A DNA stretch of 64,000 bases from Octopus sinensis (Eukaryota): NCBI RefSeq assembly GCF_006345805.1, contig NC_043017.1, forward strand, positions 15,314,001 to 15,378,000, read 5' to 3'. The notes under the pieces were generated by a model. The model was not told the DNA's origin, ran no database searches, and was given only the letters and a program-made list of their open reading frames with translations. Both the position numbers and the translations under genes were made by a program. Positions 1 through 13,417 of the stretch are shown here, piece by piece (position 1 is the stretch's first letter; every line of letters begins with the position of its first letter).

Positions 1-545
1 TCGAGGATTGAATTACCTCAGAGGGCACTCACTAAACGAATTGAAGGCATGGCTTCTCTCGATTATTGCCTTAAAGCCTTGAAACTCTACTCTCTCCAGC
101 GTCGCCGTGAGCGGTACATCATTTGTACGATGTGGAGAATATACCGCCAACTTTGCCCAAACGACCTGAACATTAGCTTCAAGGTTCATCCAAGACTGGG
201 ACCACGGGCCATACGTCCCCTGCCCAATTCAAGATCACAGCATACATGTACACTGTAACATAATTTCTTTTCCTCAACAGGCCCTGCCCTATTTAACATT
301 GTCCCGAAAGAGATCAAAGACGAACAGGAACCCATCAACTTTAAACGGAGTCTGGATAGATTCCTTCAAGGAATACCAGATAAGCCACCCATAATTGGAT
401 AAAACTCACCCAACAAAAACACACTACTTGAATGGATCAAAAACAAAACTTGACTTAAACAGGATTCAAATAATCCTATCAGGTGGTGCTATTAAGTTAG
501 ACATAGCCTGGACCAATCTTTGGTCGAAACATATCAAAATTTATC
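1..545 (+). mobile_element. CR1/L2-group LINE, 3' end fragment (RT C-terminus + 3' UTR)
   Basis: Translation 'LKALKLYSLQRRRERYIICTMWRI...' parallels the post-RT segment of the LINE at 30960-31060 ('LKRLRLYSLERRRGRYAIIYIWKI'); degenerate downstream. Confidence 0.75.
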
Positions 546-589
546 TAAGTTTATATATATAATATTATATTCTTTTCTACTCAACGCCC

Positions 590-963
590 AAAATTTTGGA
601 GGAGGGGTCCTATCGATTAGATCGACCCCAGTACACAACGTTGTACTTCATTTATCGACCCCGAAAGGATGAACGGCAAAGTTGACCTCGGCGAAATTTG
701 AACTCAGAACGTAGCAGCAGACGAAATACCTATTTCTTTACTACCCACAAGGGGCTAAACACAAAGAAGACAAACAAGGACAGACAAACGGATTAAGTCG
801 ATTATATCGACCCCAGTGCGTAACTGGTACTTAATTTATCGACCCCGAAAGGATGAAAGGCAAAGTCGACCTCGGCGAAATTTGAACTCAGAACGTAGCA
901 GCAGACGAAATACCGCTAAGCATTTCGCCCGGCGTGCCTACGTTTCTGCCAGCTCGCCGCCTT
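590..963 (-). mobile_element. tRNA-derived SINE (family 1), one full unit plus a tandem partial unit
   Basis: Minus strand starts GGCGGCGAGCTGGCAGAA (A-box-like) and has GAGTTCAAATT (B-box-like); the body 'atcgaccccgaaaggatgaa..gcaaag..gacctcggcgaaatttgaactcagaacgtagcagcagacgaaatacc' occurs twice (~650-720 and ~837-915). Confidence 0.85.
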
Positions 964-989
964 AACATTATATCATATGATATTATATT

Positions 990-1135
990 GTATTGTATTT
1001 GTTGTGGAAGATGTGGAATATAGACCAGTCCTTTCACATGGCCCTGTAGAAAAATGTCCCAAGGTGTCAAGTCAGGTGAAGCTGGTGGCCATTTCAACAG
1101 CACATTGTCATTATGACTAGTATGCCCCATCCAAA
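990..1135 (-). mobile_element. Tc1/mariner-superfamily transposase C-terminal relic (DD37D-like)
   Basis: 'WPPASPDLTPWDIFLQGHVKGLVY' matches the conserved WPxxSPDLTPxDFFLWGxVKxxVY motif. Confidence 0.75.
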
Positions 1136-2659
1136 CTTAATTTTGAAACATTTTGTTAGTTTGAGATCATTTGAGCGAGAATTGGCTGTTATCAGACTAC
1201 GAAATGATGACCTTGTATATACATTAATGTTTGTTTTTATGTCCAGTTATAATAAAAACGATTTTACATTAATTTGATGGGTTACCCTATACTTTTATGG
1301 AGTACAAATTTATTATTTATTATTTTAAACAATGACATTGTACGGTTAAGAAGTAAGCTATCGACATACGTGGTTTCATGTTCAATCCCACTGCAATGCA
1401 GCTTACTGAGCCACGAGGTTCACCAAGGAATACGAGTAAAATTTTCTTAGCGGAAACTGTAGGAATCCTCTGAAAAAATCTTTCCTTTTTGTGTGTGAAA
1501 TATTTAATGCTAGCCTTGAGTTATACATTAAGCTGCATCTGGGAGATAGGGTGACGTTCCAGCTCGGGAGATCAGGAGTCTGGGAGAATATGGAAAAGTA
1601 CGGAGTTACCCTTTCCGTTACCCTGGTCCCGGTGTGGTAGTACACGGGAACAGGCTTATTTAAGGATCAAGTTGTATATGATGGTCCAATGGCTAAGGCT
1701 TACAGAGGTCGAACATTGGCTGACCCGTAGACATATATCAGACAGGACCACCTGAATGAGGAAAGGCCTTGATCTTGAGCGAATTAGTCCTCTTGTCTAA
1801 GGGTTAAACAGGCCTTATGCCTTAAGGGCAAACCAGAGAGTAAACAATAAATAAACCAGGTAAAAATGAGAAGGGAAGCAATTGCTGATTCTTTTCCATG
1901 AAACAAATTTCAAATTTTCATTTGGAGGTTGATGGTCGCTGACATTTTTAGGTATATCACCTGAAGATGGACAGAGAGGGAAGGGAAAGAAAGAAAGAAA
2001 AGAAAGAAAGAAAAGAAAGAAAGAAAGAAAGAAGGAGTTAATCTATGTCACATTTTAACACCACCTGGAAATTGGGTGGCTTCAGTGAAGTGCCAATCTA
2101 CTGCAGACATTTTTGGCCAAGTCTCTTCCTTGAGAATAACCTCGACCATTTCTTTCTCCGTTCTCGAAGACACAAACAAATGATCACAGGTTCCGCTCTG
2201 CCTCCATTTTGACTAAGTCACGCAAAGAGTAAGAATTTTCAAGATCCTGAACGACTCCAATCATCAAGTGAGTCAGCTAAAATTTAGATACGGAAACAAT
2301 TTTATATAAAACGACAGCATAGCCTATTGATCCCTTATTGATTACTTATTGATTAGTAATTCCTTGACCAATCCCATAATTCAGTGTTGCTATGTTCTAT
2401 CGAATATATGAATATATTCATCTTATATATAAATATGACGTCGAGTTATTGTTAAAGTTGGTGTCGGCCACATGTAGCCGCGAACAATGAAAGCAATCAC
2501 CTGAGCAAACATTAGTCGCCATTCAGGTGTTTTAGCAACATGTAAAAGTAATTACCGCCATCTTGAAATCAATGTCACTCGACAAGTGTGTATATACTCT
2601 GCGAGCATTCGGGCGGCTAAATGCAACGATTTATATATACACCTATACATGCACAGATA

Positions 2660-3250
<591 letters not shown>

Positions 3251-3389
3251 TGTATGTTATGTAGTTGCAATTGGTGCACATGAAATACTGTCGCAGCTGG
3301 TTTTCAACGTGACACTGGCAAGGCAGTGTGTGTCACTCAGTGCAGAACAAATGGCAGAAAGAACAATTCGATAGCACGGCGATTTCGAT

Positions 3390-4950
3390 TTTCTTGCAGA
3401 CATTTACATCCCATCCTGATCCTGAATATATCGACAATCTAACGACATTTCATACGGCTCTGATACATACAAACATACGACTGCATTATCACCGATATAA
3501 TACAAGTATCGGAAAGACGTATTCCAAGGAGACAGCATCTCTGTGATGTTGTTGTCATTCATGTTGAGGAAGTCTGAAGGATATCTCACCGGTTCACGAG
3601 GAAACAGAAATACCAAAATTACTCACCGTTTCTTTGTGGATGACTTAAAACTTTATTTTAAAGAATATGCATGAGAAGTAAAAGAGCCTTGATCTAGTCA
3701 CAACATTCGCAAAGGATGTCGGATCGGAGTTTGGTGAAGAAAAATGTTGTTATATGGTTGTGAAAAGGGGGAAAACTATAAACCAGACGAGTAACATCTC
3801 CATCAATGATTTGACTCTTTTCACTGTATGTGACGTGGAATGTTACAGGTATCTAGGAGTGGGTGAAAATATATCTTACGATGGCACCTGTAACAAAACA
3901 CGTGCCACTAAAGAATATTACCGCCGAATAAAGAAAATTTGGACCTCAGTACTCTCAGCATTCAATAAAACAGTGGCCCACAATGTGTTTGCGGTGCCAG
4001 TGCTGCTTGATTGGACGCTTGATGAGATTCGAGTCCTTGATGTGAAAACCCGAAAAATACTAACAAGCAAACATAATTTCCACATAAACAGTGACGCAGA
4101 CCGCATCGACCTAAAACGAAAACAAGGCGGCAGAGGCTTAACATCGATCCAAAATGTCTTTGAATGTTGCATCATATCCCTTCGGCAACATGTTTTAACC
4201 ACCGAATGTCGAAGTGCATCCCTTGACCAAGTTTGCACACATGAGGCTGATAACATCATAGGACTTGGAAGACAGCTCCTTGAGTAACACTCTTTGATAA
4301 CCTAGAATACATGCCCAAAGAAGTCGCACGACTCTACTGCAACATATCCTCAGATGAAAGGATGAACCTATATGAGCAGGAGACTATTCATGGATATGTT
4401 AGTAGAAAGCTCCGTGATGATAGTATCATCGATCATCAAAGCAGTTTATCACGGACCAATAGCCAAATTACTACCTCCCATGTTGTAGGGTATGCTTTTG
4501 CAATCCAAGAACAGGAAATATCAACCAAGTACCTGATGCACAAAAGGGACAGAGATGCGGGAAAAGCCGTAAAATGTGATAACCGATGCAGACTGTGGAC
4601 TTGACACTGAAGATATCACCCACCTCATAAGCAGTTGTCCGAAAATGTCATCATGGTATTATCTACCGATGAGAGATGACGTTGTAGCTAGGACACTTTT
4701 TACTGAAATCCGACGGAAAGATAATCCCAAGGACAAAGAAATAAGAGCCCACTACTCATAATAAAAAGGAATATTGGTGGAATGTCCCAGTGAAGATCTC
4801 AACAAAATGTAAACACAACAGATCTGATATAATGATTTGGGATAAAGAGAAACTGTGCACAGTTGTGGAAATTAGCTGCCCAACAGATGTTAACATAAAG
4901 CTGATGATCACTGGAACTGTAAAAATCTGTAAAACTTTCCGGAAGTTTAT
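3390..4950 (+). mobile_element. R4/Dong-clade RLE LINE, degenerate 3' half
   Basis: RT motif 'ITHRFFVDDLKLY' (~3620-3655), 'KQGGRGL', CCHC-like knuckle 'CRL..EDITHLISSC', RLE 'SDIMIWDKEKLCTVVEISCPTD', C-terminus 'GTVKICKTFRKF'; several stops and frameshifts, with an apparent deletion near 4910. Confidence 0.85.
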
Positions 4951-5286
4951 CATTTAAATATATATGAGCATGTCTCGATATGCAAATATATGCATGAGAA
5001 TACATACATGAAACATACATACATACATACATACATACATACATACATACATACATACATACATACATACATACATACATACATACATACATACGTATGT
5101 GTATACGTGGTTCTGTCTGTCAAGCTGAGTTGAGATGTGGTACGACTCCTACGGGAAGGTTTTCATTTTATTTTATTGAAAGTTTTTCTTTTAATTTCCA
5201 CATTATTTTTTATACTTTCACCTGCTTTGAGTTGACCCGTTAAAGGTGATATATATATATATACATACAAATACATACACACACAC

Positions 5287-5545
<259 letters not shown>

Positions 5546-6957
5546 GTGTCACACTGAATTTCCCTGAGAACTACGTTCAAATCGTGTCTGTGGAGTGCTC
5601 AGCCACTTGCAGATTAGATTCAGGCTGTTCTGTTGATTGAATCAACAGGAGCCCTCGTTGTCGTAACCGACGGAGTGTACAGTTATATAAATTCATACAG
5701 AACGCTCGATTGCACTTGATTGCACACAGAGGAGCCTCTGCTGCAGAGCTAGTCGCCACAGAAAATTCTCATCTTAGACGGCATGTGTAAAAAGAAGGGC
5801 TTTGAATGACGTCAATGTATTATGGTAGGATTCATGCGTTTCTGTGTTGTTTTACTTCGAAACGACGGTCTTCGGTACAATTTTTGTATAGCAGCAGTTC
5901 GTAGTCGGATAGTGCAGCCAACAACAACTTTCCAGAGATTCCAAATCACATTTGTAACAACTGGTTATATTGCCACAAGGATCGTATCTCGCTGGGTCTA
6001 TGTTCGATTTCTTCATGTCATCAAGGAATGATCTAAGCGTTTCTTCGAACGGTAGACCTGTGTGAGAGATTCTCAAAGTGTTCGGTGAAGGAGCACTGAG
6101 TGGTGTGATCATTGAAAGTAGTCATTGTGGGAGAAAATAACCAAGCTACACCGGCTGCAAGAAAAGCAAGCAGTTAAGTGACCGTTAACTCATTTTATGA
6201 AATGAGCTAATATATTTAATTTAATTAAAATCAACTATTGATGCTCTACCGAGTGAAGCTAATCTTATATACTTTATTATTTTGAGTCAAGAATTCCCAG
6301 TTTGGCACTGTAAAACCTAAAATATTACAGTGCTGACTTCGTTATCACAATATGGTGCTGTGACTGGATTTGGGGCAAACATTTTGTTTTCTCTCCTTTC
6401 AACTTTAATCAAATAATTAACAGTAATACAATGATTTCTAATTAAGGCATTAGACCAATGATAATGATTAATAGTAATATAACGGTGATGTTTTTTTATT
6501 GGCTGTCCTCACTCTTTCGCCCCAATTTGTGACGACTGTGAGGTTTGTCCAAACGAGACTCTTAAAAGAAAAGAATCGGTTTCAACTTTGAAAAGGATAA
6601 CGAAATCTTGAATGATTTACTTTTTGAATTTTGTCACAAACAAGGAAATGAAAGAAAAATGAACAGGATGACAACGATCCAGTCTTAGTAATAACAATAA
6701 TGATGATGACGATGATGATGATGATTTGTGATGAAAGATTTAGACTGGAATGAGCAAAAGTTTAATGAAAGTGCCAGCCTAGGGCAAGGCGATGTTCAAC
6801 AACACCAAAGAGTTTGTGAAGCTGCCAAATAAGGCTGGAAACGGGAAAAGTCAGTTGTGGCAGAAGGACTGTTTCTAAATGTTGATAAAGGCTCAGATGG
6901 AAAATATAAGAGAAAGAGAGAAAGAGAGAGAGTGTGTGTGTGTGAGAGAGAGTGAGA

Positions 6958-6992
<35 letters not shown>

Positions 6993-7229
6993 GATTGTTT
7001 GTGTGTGTGCGTGAGAGAGAGAGAGAGAGAGAGAGAAAGATGAAATATGTTTCTTTGGTGATTGGAATTCGCTGTTCACGGCCAATAGATTTGATTCTCA
7101 TCCAATCGACCCATAAACTTATATGAAGGAACCTCGGGGAAAATGGCTTCGTGCTTTTTATTATTTTTGGTATAACAAAAATGGACGAGTCTCGTTACAG
7201 TCGTTGTTAATGTCGTTATTGTTGTTGCT

Positions 7230-8400
7230 GCTGCTGATGCTTAGCTCGAGGTCAGGCATGAAACCTCATACCTAGTAGCAAAGGTGTTCCAAATGTGATC
7301 ATGGTGTATATCTCCTCCTGAGGCGAGTGAAAGATAAGAGTTGTTACATTTTGACTGAAAGCTTGGGGCGAGGGGTTGGCAGGGGTAGTAGCGAAAAATC
7401 TTCATGTAATACAACACAGACATTTAAATTGATAAGGTTTTTCTAAGGATGTGGGCAGTACTTGTTAGCTTAATCTTTGGGATTTCTTTGAGATATGGTT
7501 CTCCTGGGATATTATCTAGATGTTTTTGACATCCCTTTCTTATCACTCCTAGGGCACCCACAATAATAGGAACAGTTCTCGCTTTGAGATACCACGTCTT
7601 TTGTATTTCAATTTCCAGGTCCCTATATTTACTTAATTCGTCAAATTCCTTTACAGATATATTTTTATCAGTAGAAACACTTACATCTTTTAATGTACCA
7701 GTGTTTTCTTCCCCTATCTTTAATAATTATGTCTGGTCAATTAGCCTGGATCGTTCTGTCTGTGTTGACTGCAAAATCCCGAAGAATAGTGACATTTTTA
7801 CCTTCAACGACTGGCTCAGGATGATGTTCATACCAGTAAGTAGGAGTGTTGATTTTGTAGAGTTTACATATTTTCCGATGTAAATACTGTCCTACCCTAT
7901 CGTGGAGATTTTTGTATTCGTTTGACAACAACACAGGACATTCTGAGACGAGATGGTCTATTGTTTCGTCAAATGCATCGCAGAATCTGCATTTAGGGTC
8001 AGAACCGTTTTGAAGAACGTTAGCCTGGTAGCTTTTGGTAAGCAAGCCTTGGTCTTGTGCCATCAATATGAAACCTTCAGTTTCTGCTTTCGGTCCTGAG
8101 CTTCTCAAACACTGATGGGTTGTTTCTTGGTCTGCATCAACATTTTGATTTCGAAGTATATACTGTCCATGTGGTGGAGGCTTCTGACTCCACCACACCT
8201 CAACTTGTTTCTGCCCATTCTTTTTTGAAGTCTCTTTGATCCGTTTTGCTTCTATGGGGGCATGCCATTTCCGATTCTTCATCTAGTTCAGGGTTAATGC
8301 CAAGTTCCCTTGCGAATTTGCAAGCTTCCTTGACAATAGAATGTGACTTTCTGTTGCTTTCATCGTTGCACAAAAGTGCAAGATAAGTGCTTGTTCATTG
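7230..8400 (-). mobile_element. R4/Dong-clade RLE LINE 3' fragment with 3' UTR
   Basis: 'LRSSGPKAETEGFILMAQDQGL', 'CRFC...ETIDHLVSEC' knuckle, 'HDRVGQYLH', 'TDRTIQAN*PDIII'; its 5' end abuts the (TCA)n/(TTA)n tract. Confidence 0.9.
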
Positions 8401-8401
8401 C

Positions 8402-8800
<399 letters not shown>

Positions 8801-10699
8801 GAGCACTATTAAATTGAAGTGTATTGTACACTTGAGCTGAGGCCCTGCAACGCTCACTCACTGACATTTCATATGTTTACGCTAGGTTTGACACATCACT
8901 TCAACAGTCTCTTCATAATCTCCACTGTTTTCCCTCCATCACTAATGCTAAGCAAAGTGTGTGTGCGCTTGTTAGCCGACGACTGTTTGTTCATTGAGAA
9001 ACAGTGTTCGTTTGAAAATGTCACCGCCTGGTTGAAGTTTCACTCGTCACACGACGGAGACGTTTACCTATAATAAGAAGAACGGCCAGAATGGAAATTC
9101 GAAAATCTACATCGTCTAATTAGAAATACATTTAATTATGATGTTATCAGAGTCCCTGGAGCTTAGAGAGGGTTCGTTGTTCGTTCTCGACTGAAATCTT
9201 ATAAATTGATACAACAAAAGGAGAGGAAATACTCGGCCAAAACTAAAACGTTTCATCGGACGACGGACGTGTTTGTGGTGGTGGCGTTGATTAACAACAA
9301 TGTATTAATTAATGATTCGCTTTCAATATAGTTTCCTATATTTCATATTTCAGAGAAATATGAAATATGGGAAACTATTTCGCCGCTAAATTCTAAACTG
9401 AATAGATAATTAAATAATTAGTATCGCGTTTGTTAATCACCATTTGTTTATATTTCTATCCAATTGTGAAGACAACTGCATTGTTGTGAAGGGAAGTGCT
9501 TTGTTTATGAGAAAGAAAGAGAGACAGACAGACGGACAAACAGGCAGACAGACAGAGGGACAAACAGACAGACCGACTGAAGATGATAGATTATGAGGTG
9601 ACTGATTTTAGCGTCTAAATGTTGTGAATACAACAGATACAATACATCGCCATTGTTGCCATTTTAATGGAGAAAAGATATAAGTTAATAAATTATGATC
9701 TCAACCTTGTCAACATCTTACTCGGTTTTTGTGCTGCAAAGATTTTCATACAAACAAAACCACAAGAAAAACCCGTAAGAAGACCAACATAAAAAAATAA
9801 CAGCAAATAATTGATTTATGAAATAAAAGATTTCACAATGTACAGATAAATTGTTTCCAATTTATACAACATCTTAGACTGACTGGAGATGGGTGGTAGC
9901 AGAGTATGATATATTCTATTGACTGGACAGAAGAGTTGGGACAGAGGCGGGAGGGGGATCGACAGACCTTTAAGTGTTTGGAGAAGAGAAGTAGAGTATT
10001 GTGATGTCTTAAGTTGGTTGGAGATAAGAAATAGGATATTGTGATGTCTTAAACTGTCTGGGGAGGACAAACAGGACATTGTAATGTCTTTAATTGAAAT
10101 GAGAAAAGCTTGCAAGGTGTCAGATTTGGTTGGAATAAAGTGGTTCCCTGTCCTATTCATCGGTGAAGAAGATGTAAAACTGTGATGTGTTCAACAGATG
10201 ACAATGACGTCATCAGTGTGAACATTTTAATTAATTCGTTACAGGTGTTATTCCATTTCTGATATTCAATGCTATATGACATGTTTATTGGCGTTTATTT
10301 TAGCCACAGATCCAGTAAGCCTATTGTCTACGGCGTTCCAGCCATAACCATGCCGTCAACTTGCCTGATGGGTCCTCTCCTTGTTTAAAAGTAGGTATTT
10401 GAGGGAAGCTCGGTTACTATTTCGAGCATTTCTTTTTTTTAAAGCTGCCATATTGTGTTAACAACAATTCAGCCATGATTCAGCAGACCTCTGATGAGGG
10501 TATTCCAGCCGAGACCACCACATTTCATTAAGAGCGCTCACCCTTCTTTAAAGACAGAAGGTTCCGCTTTGAAGTAGGATTGATTGCTATTATCAGCATG
10601 CCGAGCGACTTTGAAGACATTCTTTAGCTTCTATTGACAGTGTACACACACACATACGCACAGACGTTTACACAAGCACAATCATTCATACAAATATAT

Positions 10700-11300
10700 A
10701 CATATATATGTGTGTGTATTTATATGTGTATGTATATGTAAATGTATATATATACACACACACCTGCACGCACAGCACGCACTCCCACACATATACACAC
10801 ACACGCCCACACACCTGATACCCACACCCTTGGCTACACTAACACACCCACGCACACACCACCTCACCCCTCTCTTCCTCTTACACACGCATACACGCAC
10901 ACACTCATGAGCGCACACATACCTCCACACACACAACCCTACACATATACAACCCTCCACACTCACACACACACACATCCACACACATCCACACAACACA
11001 CACGCACATACCTCTACACACAATGCACACATGCACACATCCACACACAGACAACCCTCCACACAACAACCATCCACACAACACACACACGCATGCACAC
11101 ACATACACGCACGTACACACGTATACACACATACATATACACATTCCCCCTCTGTCTACACACAGAGCCACCCTCACCCTTTCACACAGGCACACCCACC
11201 CATTTACACACCCTTCAGACAACGCACCCGCATTCCACCTCACCCCTCTCTCCTTTCACACACACACGCGCATGCTCACACACCGATATTTTCCTCACTC
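10700..11300. repeat. Degenerate (CA)n-rich microsatellite region
   Basis: Directly visible; source of the HT/VC pseudo-ORFs. Confidence 0.9.
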
Positions 11301-11461
11301 GCCACGGGTACTCTCTTTTTGTCTTTTCCTTCATATCATTGGGTTTCGTTCCATCTGCTGCAATGCCTTCATCATTTCACCACTTGGCAACCATAAACCT
11401 TCAGTTCTGAAAAGCTTTCCTCATCTCAAAACCATATTATTATTATTATTATTATTATCAT

Positions 11462-13377
11462 TTTCAGTAGTTTTATTTTTATAGCGTGCTTTCACTTCAC
11501 TACCGAGCGCAGCTCTGTGTGCCTTGGGTATGTGCTGTGATTTGTTGTGATGCTCTGATGGTTATTGTATGGAAAGTGTTCTGCGTAGGATGTGTGCAGT
11601 GCCTAGTAGTGCAATTTTCTGTATGTCATATACGTTTGTAAGTCCTGGTGTTTTTGTTATGTATTTATCTGAATATTTTTTTATCATGCCTAATGCACCT
11701 ACTATGATAGGAATTGTTTCTGTTTTCAGATTCCACATTCTAGTTACCTCTATTTCCAGGTCTTTGTATTTTGAGAGTTTCTCCATTTCTTTTAGAGACA
11801 CGTTGTCATCTGCCGGTATTGATACATCAATTAGAAAGCATTTTTTTTCTTCATGATCTCTGACAACTATATCTGGTCTGTTGGCCTTAATTTCTCTATC
11901 TGTGTGTATCGGCATATCCCAGAGTATGGTTGCTTTCTCGTATTCTGTCACATTTTCTGGTGTGTGCCTATACCATCTTTTTTCTGTTGTTATTCCATAA
12001 TGTTGGCATAGCTTCCAATGTATGTAGGTTCCAACTCTGTCATGTCTGTGAATATATTCCTTCTTAGCCAGGACTAGGCAGCTAGAGATAATATGGTTTA
12101 TTGTTTCTTGTCCATCTCCACATATTCTGCAGTTACTTGTAATATTTCTTTTCATTACATGTTTTTGGTAATTTCTGGTGGGGAGGCTTTGGTCTTGTGC
12201 TGCAATTAAAAATCCCTCTGTTTCTGCTTTGAGTCCTGAGCTTCTCAACCATTGCTGGGATTTTTCTTTGTCTATTTCTTTTGCGTTTAGTTTAGTGCAG
12301 TATTTACCATGAAGGGGCTTTTCTTGCCATCGTTTTATCATGGTTCGTTGCTGTTCTATTTTTAGTTTGGATTTCATTTGTTTTATAGCTTTTGTTGTTT
12401 CTTCATCATCTTCTTCTTCTTCTTCGTGTTTATTAGGTGGTGTGATTTCTTGTTTGTATTTGTCAGCTTCCTTAAATACTGAGAACATTTTTTTGTTTTG
12501 CTCGTGTTTTGCTGCTATCTGGATCAGTTTTCCTTCCTTCTGAAGTAGATATTTTTGCAGTCCTATGGTGGTTATTTTATAGTAGTTTTCCAGCTGTATA
12601 AGGTCTCTACCACCTTCTATATGTTGTATATATAGTCTTTCTATGTCAGATTTTGGGTGATGCATCCTAGATCCTGTCAGTATTTTTCTTGTTTTCCTAT
12701 CTATTTTGGACAGTTCATTTCGTGTCCAGTTAAGGATATTGTAGCTGTAACTTATAACTGGGACAGCTAAAGTGTTGATACCTATTATCTTGTTTTTAGC
12801 ATTGAGCTCTGTTTTTAGTATTGATCTAACTCGTCTATAATATTCTTTTTTTATTTTCTCTTTCATTTGTGTGTGTTGTGTCTTGTCTAGTTCATGGATT
12901 CCTAAGTATTTGTAAGTTTGGCTTTGGTCTAATTCTTTTATTTCATTGGTTTTATCTAGTGTGATGTTGTTACTCTTAACTAGTTTTCCTCTTTTCATGG
13001 TTACTTTGGCGCATTTTTCTAATCCAAATTTCATATCTATTTCTTTGGTAAATCCATGAACTGTCTTTAATAGTGTTTCCAGCTGTTTGTCATTTGCAGC
13101 GTATAGTTTTAGGTCATCCATATATAAAAGGTGGCTGATCGTTTTGCCGTAACATTTATATCCGCATCCAGTTCTATTTAGCATATCAGATAGAGGTGAC
13201 AGTGCCAAGCAGAAAAGGAGTGGAGAGAGCGTGCCTCCCTGGAATATTCCTCTCCTAATGGGGATGTCTTTGGTTTTCATGAGTCCCTCTTTTGTTTGGA
13301 GGTGTAGGACTGTTTGCCATTTATTCATAGAGTGCTCTATTTTATGATTGTTGGTGCTACTTTGTTAATGGCTAGTG
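11462..13377 (-). mobile_element. 5'-truncated R4/Dong-clade RLE LINE inserted in (TAA)n
   Basis: Contains the intact 588-aa ORF below and a 3' UTR ending '...aaagcacgctataaaaataaaactactgaaaat'; (TTA)n tracts on the plus strand flank both sides (~11437-11460, ~13378-13402). Confidence 0.95.
11562..13328 (-). CDS. RT (C-terminal half) + zinc knuckle + restriction-like endonuclease of an R4/Dong LINE, 588 aa without interruption
   Basis: 'GIFQGGTLSPLLF', 'HLLYMDDLKLYA', 'CRIC...ETINHIISSC', 'NRPDIVVRD...LIDVSIP', 'EKLSKYKDL'. Confidence 0.95.
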   Translation of the reverse strand: MNKWQTVLHLQTKEGLMKTKDIPIRRGIFQGGTLSPLLFCLALSPLSDMLNRTGCGYKCYGKTISHLLYMDDLKLYAANDKQLETLLKTVHGFTKEIDMKFGLEKCAKVTMKRGKLVKSNNITLDKTNEIKELDQSQTYKYLGIHELDKTQHTQMKEKIKKEYYRRVRSILKTELNAKNKIIGINTLAVPVISYSYNILNWTRNELSKIDRKTRKILTGSRMHHPKSDIERLYIQHIEGGRDLIQLENYYKITTIGLQKYLLQKEGKLIQIAAKHEQNKKMFSVFKEADKYKQEITPPNKHEEEEEDDEETTKAIKQMKSKLKIEQQRTMIKRWQEKPLHGKYCTKLNAKEIDKEKSQQWLRSSGLKAETEGFLIAAQDQSLPTRNYQKHVMKRNITSNCRICGDGQETINHIISSCLVLAKKEYIHRHDRVGTYIHWKLCQHYGITTEKRWYRHTPENVTEYEKATILWDMPIHTDREIKANRPDIVVRDHEEKKCFLIDVSIPADDNVSLKEMEKLSKYKDLEIEVTRMWNLKTETIPIIVGALGMIKKYSDKYITKTPGLTNVYDIQKIALLGTAHILRRTLSIQ

Positions 13378-13417
13378 TTATTATTATTATTATTATTATT
13401 ATTTTTTTTTTTTTTTT

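Noticed and set aside
1735-1800. Hammerhead-like 'ctgaatgag...gcgaattagtcct'
   Set aside because: The core has an insertion, there is no A15.1:U16.1 pair, and stem II is not convincing.
8830-9071. Minus-strand acceptor followed by KRLRRVTSETSTRR*
   Set aside because: Short, with no recognisable homology and no partner exons.
9997-10092. CRISPR interpretation of the 40-bp periodic repeat
   Set aside because: Eukaryotic context, only three short cores, mutually similar spacers and no cas genes.
10485-10525. CTGATGAG...CCGAGAC hammerhead-like string
   Set aside because: GAGA replaces the invariant GAAA, and no stem I/III pairing was found.
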